Source: Raillietiella orientalis (taxonomy: Eukaryota). Taken from it: a stretch of 64,000 nucleotides of DNA. Positions 11,751-25,600 of the stretch are shown here, piece after piece. The notes under the pieces were generated by a model that saw only the letters and a list, made by a program, of their open reading frames with translations, was not told the origin of the DNA and ran no database searches. The stretch lies in NCBI GenBank assembly GCA_036172245.1, contig JAYWIR010000036.1, forward strand, positions 1,116,001 to 1,180,000. The letters are read 5' to 3'. The translations under genes and the position numbers were made by a program. Each line of letters begins with the position of its first letter. Within the stretch, counting starts at the first letter, position 1.

Positions 11751-14700
11751 CGTCTCTTGAGTGCAGAATTCGAGAACAGTGGGAGTAAACTCATGGTCTT
11801 CGGCGAAGTGAAGACCCATCCTGGACTTCGGTGCTCTGCAGGTCGTCTCCGCCAATGTACTCCGTGGTCAGCTGTGGTTGACTGAGCCTGCCCGAGGTCT
11901 CTTTAGGGAGAGACCTCAGCAAGCTGCTTTCGTCACGAGCTACGAAACTCAGCTGCTCTTCATAGCAAGAGGGCGACCTACTGGGAAAGGCAGTGGAGAG
12001 AGGACGATGTCCCTTGTGCCGGAAAGGGAGTCACCAGGCCGCCATGCACGTTCGTCGCGAAGCAAAGCGGCAAAATCGGGACTTGTTTGCGGCTCTGCGA
12101 GGTCACGGATCGGGTCGCTCGGGCGCTCGGCCCCCTCTTGCCAGGCGCATCAGCGCTTCAGTGAGCGACAGTGGCGGATCGCTTGGAAATTCGGGAACGG
12201 AAGATCCTAAACAGATTGCGACCCTCCGATGTGCATGGCATGTTTCCCTGTGCACAGATGCACGCTACGTACGTGCTTTCAATTTCTTTCGAAGCGTGGC
12301 GCTGAAGTTTCCGTGCTGGAGGTCTCCAGTGGACTAGAAGTCTCCCAGTCATCCCAAACCTGGCTGAACGTCCTCTGCCATGCTTCCGGGTGACCACCCT
12401 CCGCGAATGGCTGTAGCAATCTCGAGGCTTTTCAGTAAGAAAAGGAAACCTGTGATCTGTGGTCCCTGAATTGGCATTCATCATCGGCATGCCTAAACAG
12501 AGGAGGAGCGGAAGAGGAGGAAATGGGAAGGAAGGGAGGAGGAAATGGGGAAAAAGGAAGAGGAGGGAGCGAGAAGGAAAGGAGTATGAGGGAGAATCTG
12601 AAAACTGAGAATGCCTTTCTAGGAAAGAAAAAGAAGAGGGAAGAAGCGCATCCTCTCTTCCTCCGCCGTTTATTTGACTTTTCGCACCAGGGTACGACGA
12701 GGGCATTGGTTCCTCTTGGTTGCCTTGGCTGCCTGTCACGGATTGAGCGTGACTGCTTTCACGCTCCATCTGGATGCGCGCTTCTTCAAGAGGGGGATGG
12801 AACCCCAGATGGCGACTCTAACGGACACCACTATCGGGCTGCGAGCGAACATGCGACGCATTAGCTCGAGTGCTGGAGGGCCATCACCAGATTAGGAGAC
12901 CGTGTATTCCCGGAGACCACTGCAGTCTGATGACAGACGCGGGATCGATTCAGTCCCATCACTCCAGGAACATCCCGGAGAACTTCGTCGTCCTTTAGCC
13001 AGTGGCTGAGGCAGGGGTTGCAAGGAAAGTGACTTGTCCTGGTCCATTCGCTAGCCATTGCCCATGTGCACGCATGAGTGGAGCTGTGCGCCGCTCAGCC
13101 TTCCGTTCTGAAGGAAGGGGGAGGCACGTGGACACCCTCTCCGAAGTGGTCGTTCCGACTTGAGAACGCCCGGACTCTTCAATCACTCCAGGGAGCTTTG
13201 TCGAATTGTCACGTGACCGCGGTCCTGCTCCACATTCTCGTCGCGGACCCCCCACGGATGGGTGGGAGATGCCCTTGCGGTTTACTTTGCATTCACGAAG
13301 AGGGGAAGATCAAGCGGGCAGAGGTCAGGTGGATAAGGAGCACATGGAATCTCTGGACCGCTTTCTCGGACCGGAGACCCTGGCATCCGAAGGGGGAGTC
13401 GCCAGGTTACCGGACACCTTCAGGCAGTCTCAGGCGGTTCTTCTCGAGTGCAGCCCTCGGTATCATCGGACCGTCGTCCGATGAGGCCGAGGGGACGGTC
13501 TGATACAGGGGACGGTATGGACGACCCTCCTGACCACGTTCTCTGCAGCTTCTCTTCCTATGGGAGACACCCCCAGGCAATACAATGCAAACCGGAACCT
13601 CTGGATCAACATCACGAGATTCTGCCTACGCACGCCCACGACACGCTCAGGGAACGTGTCGACCCCGCGGTGGATGTCCATTCGGTCCCGCGCCGCAGCT
13701 TATTCCTTGCCTGAAGCGCCCTCTTTCTGCCTCGTGGCCGCTTCCGCGAGACAGAAAGAGGTGTCTGTGAGGCGGCCGCTTTTGTGAGACGTCTTCGGTG
13801 CTGCACCCGAGAGCGCACCCCAGATAAGAAGTGAGGAAAGGAGGCAACGCCCCTCTTCCGAGAGGTCCCTCTTCTCAATCCCTAAGCACCCGTTAGAGGT
13901 AGGCGCTGCGCCACTGCCGTGACCGCACGTCCGGTCGGAGAGCATCCGGCGCTCCGGGCAACCTTTCCAGGCGCCCTCCGTGCGTCCTTTGCAAGCGAGG
14001 GATCGTCCGTCCGTCGTGCTCGTGGTGGGGGGTCCGGACAGCCACCTACCCCTTCGGCGTCATCATGACCCTCTCCATAGCCGTTCGTCATCCCCTCCGC
14101 AAGGTGGTCACTTCATAGACGACTCGTCGCCTGCAACATCCTCATATCATTGCAGGGGGTGGCGGAATCATCTCTGTGAATGGCAGTCCATCTTCCTCCT
14201 CCATTTCGTCTTCTCTTCCTCTTCTTGAATTTGTCCACGGTTTCCTCCGCCATTCACCCCTCTGCCTTCGACTCTCTCCTCCGTTTGAATAGGGCGAGGC
14301 GCCATTAGTGGCTGAAGGGAATTTCTACCTTCTCTCCTGTTGACCTTCCCAAAGTTGTCGGAGTTCGCCCCTGCATTCGTCGCCGCTTACGTCCGCACGC
14401 CGGACATGGCCCTGCCTCTTCTCAGCACCTTCAGCGCAGGGAGCGCCAAAACAGGGGGAGGAGGAAGAGGGAGGGCGGGATTTTTCCTCGCGATCTCGCT
14501 CGCGAGAGGGCGCGTTTCCGGTCGCCGGGATGATCCGTGGCACCAAAGTCCGACCCGCGCCGACTGGACGAGCAAAGGACGGCGAGCATCGCGCTCAGGT
14601 ACGACGGGATGCCGGGTCATCTGCCTCCACCGGTGACCCTCGAGAGTGGGAAGACCTTGTCTCACCGGCGGCCTCGAGCGGCGGCAGCAGGCAGTGGCAG

Positions 14701-15899
14701 CCGCCATGGTACTCGCGCGGTCCCACCGCGGCCATCAATGCTGCCGTGGCAAGCGGTGCGCTCAACGCGCGAGCCGGTGTCTCCGCCGATAGGACGAACG
14801 GGAGGGTGGACGGGAGCCTCAGGTCTTCCTGCCGTCCGGGGTGTCCGTCACCGTCGCTGTTCCTTCCTCCCGGATTGAGGAGGAGAGGGTTGGAGAGGAG
14901 CGGACACATCCTCTGAGGCAATTTTGCGCGGATTCGCCGACGTGCTAGCGCCAGCTTACGGATCCAATTTACACCTGGATACGTGTGGCTAGCAAAAGGT
15001 TGGAAGGTGAGGGAGGGGGGGGGGGAGCCTGCGCACGAGGGTGACGTCACGGACCCGAGCAGGGATCTGGGGTTCCCGCGGGCAGCTCCTTCAGGCATGC
15101 TGACGGGACGCTTCGGAGAGGGTTTTGGTCAGTCTCGGGCTGGTCCCTGACCAGCCCGAGACTCTTCCAGGACGAAGGTGCCCGAGGTAGGGAGAAAGGG
15201 AGCAGAGGCGGCGATGCCGGAAGGTCATGGGACCGAGTCCCGGACGGTGTGCCGGGCTCCACGGGAACGGGTCGCCCGCACAGCGCGTCCCGGAAAGACA
15301 CGGGGTGGCGGAGGAGAACTCCCTACCACCGGAATCCCCTCCTTCAGGCTAGGCGCGCCCCCGCCGAACATCTCATGGGAGCTCCCTCCCATGAGATGGC
15401 GGACTCGTTGCCGTCGCGGTCGGAAGCGCCGCTGCCGCGCGGCGAAAGGGAGGGAACGCTGGCAGCACCTTCACCCCATTTTCCCCCTCCCGGCGCCCGT
15501 TCGAGGGTCGCTAGGGAAGGTTTGGTGCTCCATCCGCGGGGCGGGTCGCGCGGCCCCTGCGGGAGGAGCTCCTACAAGGGCTCGGGGGAGGAAGCGAGGA
15601 GGAAAGCAAGAGCGAAGAGCGCGAGAGCCCCTCCCTCTGTCCCTCGCCTAACTCGAAGTTCCGCAGGCTGAAGGGAGCGCCGAGTCCTCATGCCCCGACC
15701 TGGCACCGCGAGTCAGCGTGCCTCCCGCGGCATCGCCCCTGGAGGGGCGGAGGGCGGTCCCGTCCGAGGGCGGCGGTGAGAGATCCACTCGTTTTCCCTC
15801 CTCCTCCCCACTCCTTTTGCGCCCTCCCCTCCTGCGGAGTCGGCGCCGCAGAGGCGGCGGCCGTCTGGAACTTGGCGCCCTCCCGCTGCTTCCTCCGAG

Positions 15900-16459
15900 G
15901 GAGGGAGGAAGAGGGCGTGCACGTCACCTCGAAACCTTCTAGAAAGCGCCTCCGGAGGTGGTGGGGAATGCGGATGAGGGGGCAGGGGCATGCCCTCTGG
16001 GCGTTCGCCTTGATGCGCCTTTCCCACGAAAATGAAGCCGTGAGAAGTCCTCCCCTTACCCCCCCTACTTATGCGGAGAGTGGGCTCACTCTCCTTCCTT
16101 CCCCTTGGGGGTTCTTGGCAAGCCCCATCCCTTTCCGGGTTCCTTCCTTTTCCCACCCACCTCCTCCTTTACTCTCCCCATTCCCCGGCTCCCCCTCCCG
16201 TCGCTTCTCCCCCCCCCCCCCCGCCGCCGCTGACGGCTGCGCGGCGCGACTGTCGACTGCGGCCACCAGACGTGCGCAGTCCTCTCTCCGGTGCGGTGGC
16301 TGCGGCGGTTGCTGTGCTCCTCCCCCTCCCCCGCGGCGGAGAGAGCGCGCGCTCCAGAGAGAGAGAGGGGTCTCCCCCCCCTGCCTTCCCTGTGCGTCCC
16401 CTCCCCTCTCCTCACCCCCACCCCGGCACCTCCGCCGTCTCCAGGACAGCGACCGCGTC
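15900..16459 (+). promoter_or_regulatory. Putative promoter and 5' UTR region of the tolloid-like gene
   Basis: GC/CpG-rich, with polypyrimidine and poly-C runs and a (GA)n tract near 16357-16368 just upstream of the ATG at 16460. TSS not determinable. Confidence 0.4.
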
Positions 16460-16682
16460 ATGGAAGCGGCGGCGGAAGGTCGACGGCAACGGTTGGCGCT
16501 GGCGACGAGCCCCACCCACCCATTCCCTCTGCTGCCGCTGGCGGCGGTGGCTCCGGTGCTGCTGCTGCTTCTGCTGCTGCCGCCGCCGCTCTGCGCGCCC
16601 GCCTTCACCCCGCAGGAGCTGCTGGCCCTCGACGCTCCCAGGAAGACGTCGACTGACCTCGGCATGGACCCTTGCAAACACG
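16460..16682 (+). CDS. tld: Tolloid-like exon 1: signal peptide and prodomain start
   Basis: ATG, hydrophobic [17 protein letters not shown], the conserved MDPCK prodomain motif and a strong donor G|GTAAGC (phase 1). Confidence 0.85.
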
Positions 16683-19600
16683 GTAAGCGGTGGGCCAGAG
16701 GTGGGTGATTGCTCCTGGTCCCGGGAGGGCTTCCTGTTACGAAATCAGCGGACCGGAGGCTCTGTGCCTCATCCTGACATCCTAACCCCGCGGACCGACG
16801 GGAACGCGTCTCCCGGCAACGGAATGATTCCCTACACACGAGGGTTCAGAGGAAGAAAGCGGGATAGCGTAGGGTCGTCGCTCAGGGACGCCCGATCATC
16901 TACCCTTTTTCTCTCCTCCGGGTCCCCTTCGCGGCTCTGCGGGGTGTTCGCCCACATTCCCACCTCACCCACGTCTACCGCCGGAGGGAGCTCCGCGCGC
17001 GCCCACCTCTCAGCGCCCCCTCGGTGGTCTTCTGGGGTGGGGGTGGGCCTCCCCTCGCTCGCAGCCGACGAAACCTCCTCCGGTTGTGGAGTTCGCCCTG
17101 AACAGCGCCACCCTCCTTCTCTCCCCTATACCTCTCCTCCGTCGACGATGCGCGGCTGGAGCCACCGGGAAGAGGGTCAGGAAGGATGGTGGGTGATCCC
17201 CAGGATGGCTGGGCGCTTCCACTTGCGCCGCGGTGTCCCTCGGGGCTTTCGACCCTCCCGGACGCGACCTTGCCGCGAGGGAGGCGTTTGGTGCAGGACG
17301 ATTGCCTGCTCCCGGTCCGAGGATCTCGGGATGCCTTGCCGCTTCGCGCCCACCCACAGCGGTCGCAGCCCGAAAGGGTGGGGCCGTACCCGAACCTCAC
17401 TGCCAGGTTCTCGCGTCTCCCTGGTGATTCGGTGAAAAGAAAAGAGGGGGTCTCTGCGCAGGAGCAGCCCCGGAGATGACCAGTGGTCCACGCGCTTGGT
17501 TCAATCGGAAGGACTGCAGCGAGTGGACGGCGGGTCTTAGGGAGAGGAAGCGCCCGGCAGTGTGCTGCGGTTAAGGATCCCACGGAGAGAGGGGTCAGAC
17601 AGGTGGGAGTTACCTTCGGGGGCCCCGGGAGTCTCTTTTCTCTCTCGGAAGGGACTCCTTGGAGGCGGACGATCGGCGTAAGAGGGTGCGCAAAGCAACG
17701 GTGCGCATCAACCTCAGGCCAGGGTCCAGCAGGGAGGAGTGACGCACGCTCCTGCGTCTGCACCGGCTGCTGAGGACGGGCCCCGTGAGTGCCGCGTGCG
17801 CCGAAGGTTCTCCCGGGGGAAAAGGGACCCTTAGGCAAGGACGAAGTCGCGCCAAGGTTGCAGGCGGCGGCCTTCATCGAGAGGGAGATGCGCCTCCAGG
17901 AGCGACGGTTTTGGCGTTCGGCCTCCCGGCAACGCCCGAGCAGCCTAAGGGGAAGCTGACGAGCGGCCTCTTTCAGGGCGGAACGAGACGAGGGGGTCAT
18001 CAGGTGGGGGCGAAGAAGTCGATTGGTTCGGTGGGTGGGTCAGAAGGGTTTGGCCCAATTAGACTAATAGCCGTCCGGCAGGTTAACTGACGCTCATGCA
18101 TCCGGCCTCCGGGTGGAGCGCAAAACTCACGGGTGCTGCGTGGAGACTGTGAACCGGAAAGCGCGGCAAATGGGAGGAGCATTGACTTCTCCGATTCGCA
18201 GAGTTGACTCTTGTCTGTTGCTCCATCTCGTCCACAGCGGAGGCACGCCTCCCTTCTGAGAGCCATCAGAGTGTTGCTGATGGACGTTGGCATGCTGACG
18301 GTGGCTTTGGAGCTCGTCGCCCTCTGGTCGACGAAGCGGTCCACCCGCGACATCCGACTTTCACGACAGGGAGGATTTCATGTGGACAATGATCTCCAAG
18401 GTGTGTTCTGCAGAGAGTAGTGGACGGCGGTCTCCTCCCAGAGAGCGCTAGCCGATGGTCATTTGATCGAGTGCTAGCCGGTTGTCATTTATTTTCTAGC
18501 GAGTAGGCGGTCCATTGTCTAGCTAGTCTAGAAGATGGTTCTGTGCTCAGCAGTGCTGGCAGCTCCCAATGTTGAGTCATGAGACGGCTCCGTCTTTCTG
18601 TCCATGTCGAAAGGCGGGTGGATAGGAGGTAGCCGTGCTATCCGTTTCTGTTGAGGCGGGGTGCACTTCGTCGAACCCGCTGGAAGCGCTGGTCCCCGCA
18701 GGCGCTGATGAGATTGACACACGGCTCGTGCCGTTATCTGGAGCTTCAGCACCGGTCCTGGCGTCTCTGCTGCGATGCTTTAATTTGATCGGCTCACGGG
18801 TGTCGAACTGGTTGAGCTTTCCCGAAGATGGTCTCTGACCTCCTGTCCTTTTTGACCACCTTCTGTCTGCGGTCACCTGGCTCAAGTGTGACTCGTTCTC
18901 CCCTTCGTTTTTCGTCTGAGTGTCTTCCGCGGATGGGACAGCGATCTTCCTGACTCCTGCTTTTCGAGTCGAGTTTCCTCTCGGAACTCGAGTTGCCCTT
19001 GGGAACACTCGCATGATTCCAGCAGCGGTTTGTGATCCGTGAAACAGGATCGAGGGAGCGACCGTGACTTCCTCGGGTCGGGTCGACCTGGTCTCTTTGC
19101 GGCTTTCCGCTGCCACCAAGGTTGCGCGGACCTCGCCGCGTTCTCGTCGCGGTGATTCGCGGTGGTCCTGCTCACCCACGTAAGGAACAGTCTGTTCCGT
19201 GCGTCTTAGGACGGGACTTCTTCCTCCTGAGAGTTTTGTGTAGGAGTTTTTTCTCTGTTGACTCCTTGCTGCTCCGACTCGGTCAACGCTCTTGTCCAAT
19301 CGCCGGGACACCGGCGGCTCTCTGTCTATCCTGGGGCTTCCCCTCTGTGACCTGCGGACGCTCCGAAAGAGTTCGACTGACGCGGTTCCCGGGCGATCAA
19401 TCGACCTCCCCGAGCCAGTCGGAGGTCAACTTTCCCGGAGTCGCTTTCACTTGCAGTCCTCTCCAGTCCGTGACCCCGGGATCGTCGGGAAGGTCAGCAC
19501 GCGACTGCATTCGTCGTCGGCGCAGCTCAGGTGTTGAGACCGAAGTCCTCCGGGGTCACATGCCAGTCGACGCTGCGGCGCGGGCGCACGTAGCTCAACC

Positions 19601-22600
19601 AAGGGAGCGGGAGTGGAGGGAGGTCGAGTGACCCGGACAATTAGCGCAGCGACCTACAGCAGCAGCGACCGCGCGAAAAAAAAAAAAACGGTGCGGGTTT
19701 CGCGTGCAGGGAGCAGGGAAGATGAAAAGGCCTGAATCCTCGGGAGTGATTAGATAACGACGGGTGCTTTGCGGATGGGCGCACTGCGGCGACCTCCAAA
19801 GAGCTCCGCTTCGCCGGGCGAAACCTAAAGCCTCGGGGCGGCCGCTTCTCTTCGCAGTCATGGCCTCCGCGGCAGCACAGTGGCGACTCGCCTTGGTTCG
19901 CCTCTGGTTCTCCCTGGGCGTTCCGGGGCTCACTCTATCGGGGATGGGCCCACTTCCTCGACCAGAGGGCGGGGCCATCAGCGCTTGCCCGCGTCTGAAA
20001 GGCGAAAGGTCTCTCCAGAAAGACCTTTGGCGCCTGTGGGAGGGGAGGAGTCTCGGAGATGCCTTGGTTGGACAGTAGGGGTCCCCAGAGCCTAGGTGCG
20101 CGCTCACACAGAGTGTGCCGGTCTTCCCGCTGGTGTTGGGGCAGCGCGTCCCACCCCACCGGCATGCGTCGTCAACTCCTCCGGATTGCCTTTCCTGCCC
20201 GAAGGTTCGTCCCGGGCCGTTCCGTCCGAGCGTTCCCGGAGGAATGCCTCGCCAGTTTTTTTTTTTTTTTATCTTATCTGGCTCATCTGTATGCGGCGTC
20301 TTCTACTCGCAGCGCGCGTGCTTTCTGATAAGGGGAGGAGGGTAACCTGGAGGTTTCTCTCCCGAAGGAGGAGCGCGCGCTGTCTCGGACGGGACTCCCG
20401 CACGGAGCTGCGGTCTCAGACCTGCGCGCGACCGTCCCTGCTTTTCGTTCCTAAGAGCCGTGTGGGCGGGCTCGGGACTAAGAGAAGGGACGGCTGCCAC
20501 GCGGGCGCCCTTCAGTGACGCGGGCTGGTTTGTTCCTGCCCCACGCTGCCGGATCTCCCTTCTCCCAGGAGACTCCCCGTCAGCCGACCGAAAGCGTCGG
20601 GTCGGTAGACTCCCCATGGAGCCGCCGAGCAAGGCGCTGGCGCAAGAAAGCGACCCTTGGTGCAGGAAAGTGGCGCGCCGGAAGGAGCTCCGTACTCAAG
20701 AGCGACCTTCTCTTTCCTTCGGAGGCGGGGATGAGGGGTCCGTCTGGTTCGCCTAGCCCGGGCGTCTGCGCCGCCGGGGGGCGGTCCTCGTTTTCCTCTG
20801 CCCTGGGTCGCCCGCAGAGCACCGTCTCGCATCACCTCTCTCGGCCAGGACCGGGTTGCATCTTCCTCCCACCGCCAGAGCCGGCGCGTGCGCGCACGTT
20901 CGCTCCCGCTCTTTCCCCTCTTCCGCGGGAATCCGCCCGCCTCGACGAAAGCCCTGGGGGGACAGGGAGCGCCGCTTCCCGTCTTCCTCAGCCCCTGATC
21001 GGCCTCTTTTGCCAGTCCTCAACGAGACGGACATAGCGATCTCGAAGGAAGACCTCGAGGAGCGCCACCGCCGCCATCCGGCGGGCAAGGACGCGCCGCA
21101 GCCCGACAGCCGGCATCAGCGCAGGCACCAGCACAAGAAGATCAGGTCCAGGTAGGAGAGATCCAAGTACCCTTCCTCGCTTCGGGATGCCTCGAGGGGG
21201 CCAACAACTCGGCGAAGAGCGGGAGGAGAGTGAAAAGGGGACAGATGGGGCCTCCAGGAGTCCTCTGCTCCTCGCGCTGGCTCCTGGAAGCTTCCTCCCC
21301 GCTCGTGAAGCAGCCGCGTGTGCGCATGGGGTGCCTAGGTAACTGCCTCGGGAGACGGCTGTGCCCCCTCAAGAAAGGGGCAGCTTGTAGCTAGGGGACC
21401 TTTTGCCTGAGAGACTTGCTTGCACGCACGAGGGAGGTTCCCGCGAAAGGCTTCCCGTTGACAGAGTTTCGATGGCTGCCACGCAAAGAAGCTGCGCGCG
21501 CTCCACTGCTTCCAGGTCGGTCGGCGGGAGACACGATTGCAAGTTACTGTCCACCAGACGGCTCCTGTTTTTCCTCCCTATTCCCGGAAATCCGGTCCGG
21601 ATGCTGAGGTTCCTCGGCGTCCGTCTGCTTAGCCTCTTTTCGTCTTTCGTGCCATCCGCATCTAACCGCTGGAGGATTCCCGTGGGCTGGTTGATGATCT
21701 CTCTCACACCGACGCCTTTCGGCAGAGGGGGCGAGCCGCGCTGTGGCCCTGCGCGAAAGGCTGGCTGACCGCGGCGCGACGTGAAACTGCTGGCAGCACG
21801 ATCCACTCCTCGTTTCTTCGAGCGCGCCGAGTTGCTCGGAAACCCTTCCCCCCCTTTTCCCTTCTTGGTCCCCAGGACGCGTGTTCGGGAGGTCGGAGAC
21901 GAATGGCCACCGGTGGTGCGTCTTGCCATCGATGCCTCATGGCGACCCCGAGACCGCGGCCGGCGTCTTTCGTTTTGGCGCTTCTGACCTGCCTGCCTAG
22001 GAGGCGAAGGAAACGCTGACCGAGCGACGCGCACGCGCCTTGGAGCCCTAGGGCGCTGCAGCCCCTCTCGGGAGCGAATGGCATTTGGAGGAAACTAACC
22101 CCGACGCGGGATGCGCGCGTCGACCGCCCCTCGACAGTCAGCGCCTCCGCAATGCGCGCGACTGTTGGAAGCGGAAGCCGGCCGGCCTCGGATGCGAGCT
22201 GGCTTTCATGCTCTTCCACCAGTTGCTTCCTCCGTGACCTGGTGCCGAGGAAGAGGTTGTTAGAACGGAAAAACACTTTTTCCTGCAATCAGGATTTGGT
22301 TCTCTTTATCCGGTCAACCCTCCACTGTTGCAGCTCGCGTCCTGCGCCGTTTCGATTTTCGTCGGTTGTCGCTGACCTTCGTTCTCCCTGATTCGGAGCT
22401 CGGCTGCCCGGAGAGACACCTCGGCCGACTCAGGTGTGCTGTCGGCGGCACGGATTTTCACCGGGACTCATCTGGGCACTCCCACGTAGATCCGTGCTCT
22501 GCAGAGGCGCCCTCCTCGCTACCATGCGTGCTCCCGACTTGGACGTGCCTTCGGTCCACTCTCGCGGCCGCGTCTCGAGCGTGGATCTTCGTGAGCGCGC

Positions 22601-25600
22601 CGTGCGGGCAAGGCTTGGAGCGGCGTGTTTCGTCACGTGACTCGCTTGCGAACGCCCCTACGCTTTAGGGCGGCTTGCATGGCATGCGGCCTGTGGCACT
22701 GTATTTATCGAAGAAATCGAAGTTCCTTCCATTGCTGCTGCCACGGAGATTCTTTCTTATTTTTCGAACGAGTTCGCACTCATTCGAAGTGTTTCTTGGA
22801 TCACAAGATGCCGACATCATTTTTTCACTATTTGTTACCAAACCGAGCAAAAAAAATCTCTGAGACCTCGGAAAATGTCACAGGAGAAGAGCAGTATCCC
22901 GGCGTCCACCGCAGCTTTGCCTTTTTGCTACCCCGTACTTGCCTCTGGGTATGCTTTGTAATGCGTTCCGCGCCATCTCGAGCAAGTGATAGCCAGTTGT
23001 GATCCATTTTCTAGCGAGTCTACGGTCCACTTTCTAGCGGGTCGATGATTTGTTCACCAGCAAGTCAACGGTCCATCTCTAGCAAGTAGATGGTCCATTG
23101 TCTAGCGAGTAGGCAGTCCATTTTCCAGCGAGTTGCCGTCTGGCAGATGGTTCTGTGTTCATCAGTGCTGGCGGCTCCCCATGTTGAGTTATGAGACGGC
23201 TCCATCTGTCAGTCCATATCGAAAGGCGGTTGGATGGGCGGGAGCCATGCTGTCCGTGCACAAAGGCACACTTGATACAGATTGGCTTTCCAACATTCCG
23301 AGCCTCATTTGCGAGTCTCCACAGTCCATAAGAACGCTCCTGTATCGTCAAAGACTTCCATACAGGGACAGTGGTGCGTACGATGCGGGCGCGACCCTTC
23401 CTTTGGGAAGAATCCCGTTTTGCGTTTCTTCCGCTTCCCCGCTGATCTGATCGTAGGGGTTCGAGCTATTCCGTGTTTGGGAAACACCACCCGACGTTCT
23501 GAAATGGCACCCTACCGGGCCGTACCTCTTCCAGAGGGAAGGGGGCGGGAGAAACGACGGTTGTGCAACAAAGGAACAAGTCCATAAAGCGGTAGCTCTA
23601 GGGATGAGAGCGGAAGTCTCAGGTTTTCGCCTTTCCGGCCGCCTTCGTTTCCTTGCACGTGTAAGGATTAGTGGACAGGAGTCCCAGCTGCTTTGGCATC
23701 TGCTCCGCGCTCCGTGATTTTGTGGGGCGCGAACGCTGGCGGACGGCTTGTGCTGAGTGTCGGTCGCCGAGTTCCGTGCTGCTGCAAGGTCGCGTCACCA
23801 ATGAGGAACCCGCATGAGTTGGTGCTTGCAGTGACGTCACGACAAACAAGTATGAAAAACGAGGATGTTTCTCGCTCCTTGCCGCGGAGGGGGAAAAATC
23901 GCCCGGATGCCATGAACCCTGCGGAGTGTTCCCGACGAGGTGGAAGCTTCGCTAAGAGCACTTGCTGACTTCCAGGAACGACACCGTTTGATCCCCTAGC
24001 TCCTCGGGGCAAAATTTCAAGCACAAGTGCTGTAGGCCTTTCGTCCTCAGCCCCCCCCCCCCCCGCACCTTTAGGGTACTCAGCAAAGATTTTCGTGCAT
24101 TTTGACCTCAAGAGCTTCCTGAGGTTCTTTTGTCGGTCTTCTTCAGCAGAAGAGTTTCGATCGGCATCTTCAAGGACTGGAATCTTTCGTAGCACTCGTC
24201 TGCACGGCAGCTCCGCCTGCAACCCTACTCCTTTCCTGCATCCGAATGGGATCTTGTCCTTGGATGGTTTGGTTTCCTACCCACCTGTAGGGGTGTCTCC
24301 ACGGGCGCAGAACCTGAAACCAGAGTAAGGAACGTGTGAAGAGCCGACTCACCTCGCCGTTCCCGGAAGCTCAAGGCAGTAGGGCTCAAGGCGGGAAACC
24401 AGTCTGAGAGACTCTGGACCGAAAAGTCTGCGGCAAGAAACCTGTCAATGGACGCACGGCAGCTCCGACGAAGCAGGCGGAGTCGACTGGAACAGAGATA
24501 AGGTTCGACGTGGTTACGAGGGCGCGGACGATGATATAATAATTCTGCGGAGGCTGCTGCAGCTGCAGGCTATGCTTCCCAAAGACCATGTCGTTCAAGA
24601 AGCAGTTCAATCAGTAGCTTCACTCGAGTGTATCGCAGGAAGCACATGGCGTTTATGGCGTCTTGGATGGGGAGGAAACTGGAAATGAAGCCCACGAAAA
24701 GCCTGAATCCGAATTCTGGAAAATTCTCGATGATAGCCTCTCCTCCCTCTTGCTTGATCTTGGTTCAGGAGCTTCACAGCCTCTCTCCCGCTAAGGTAGC
24801 GTGTTCAGAAAGAGGCTACCACCCCGTCTTTCGACGCCGAGGGGAAACGGACGATCGTGGACACCCTGCAAAAGCACTCGCCGATGTCCCAGAGTCCACC
24901 TGTGCACCGCGAAATCGACCTCGATCTCCACTGCCGCCAGCGTGTCTCTCCTCGGTGCCAGAAAGCGTGCCGCTCTCCGAAATTCGGGGGAACCCTTCAG
25001 ACCCCAGCACGAAGGATACGAGCAGGTCCACCGCGCTGGGAGTGTTCTCTGCGAGTATCCGTCGATCCACTCATGTAGTGAGCCGCTTGCGAGATGTCTC
25101 CGCAGTTATCAGGGTGTATCGCCTTTTGCAGCGGTGTCCATCCGATTTCGGGACCCTGTGCTTCTCAGCGTACGGTGTAAGGGGAAGCTTCTTTCAACTG
25201 CCATTTCCCTCATTTCGTCCGTATTTAGGAGATTCACTTCGTGGCCATGACTTAAACAGTGACTTCCCTGACAGTCTCTGACAGTTTGCCTGCATTCGAG
25301 AGCACCACCTCTCATGGAGGGCATTCTGTGAAAAGAAGCAAGGGGTTGCCCACCCGCGACCGGCAGCAGGTGGTGAGCGCGGAAGGAGTTCTTATGCTGC
25401 CCACCCACGAATCGCACCTCGCACGATGCATCATGCCTCAGAGGATCTCCTGACTTCTCTGCCATCTCCGCCTTATAAACGCTGGGAGACAAAGGCCTTG
25501 CGACCACTCCCTGAGCTCGCAGCGGTGGGGTCACGCCCTCGAACGGCCGAGCCAGCGAGTGCGGATGTCCAGTCGGAACGTATCGGTTTCCCGGGACCCC

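Noticed and set aside
12700..14900. Possible gag or RT remnants on the minus strand
   Set aside because: Only vague GH-containing fragments, not enough to assign an element.
15776..17435. 310-aa and 454-aa ORFs over exon 1
   Set aside because: GC-rich read-through. Only 16460-16682 has a signal peptide, the DPCK motif and a splice donor.
17864..17905. AAAFI segment resembling BMP1 CKAAAFLG as exon 2
   Set aside because: Wrong phase relative to the exon 1 donor. 21016-21151 fits the phase and carries the DIA motif.
18370..18399. [10 protein letters not shown] as an alternative exon 2
   Set aside because: Requires phase 0 but exon 1 ends in phase 1, and it sits beside a repeat tail.
23001..23137. 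CRISPR-like array
   Set aside because: Adjacent degenerate 23-bp units with no spacers, in a eukaryotic intron with no cas genes.
18410..23260. Direct repeats as an LTR pair
   Set aside because: They enclose a host exon, lack TG...CA ends, and one continues into LINE-like coding remnants.
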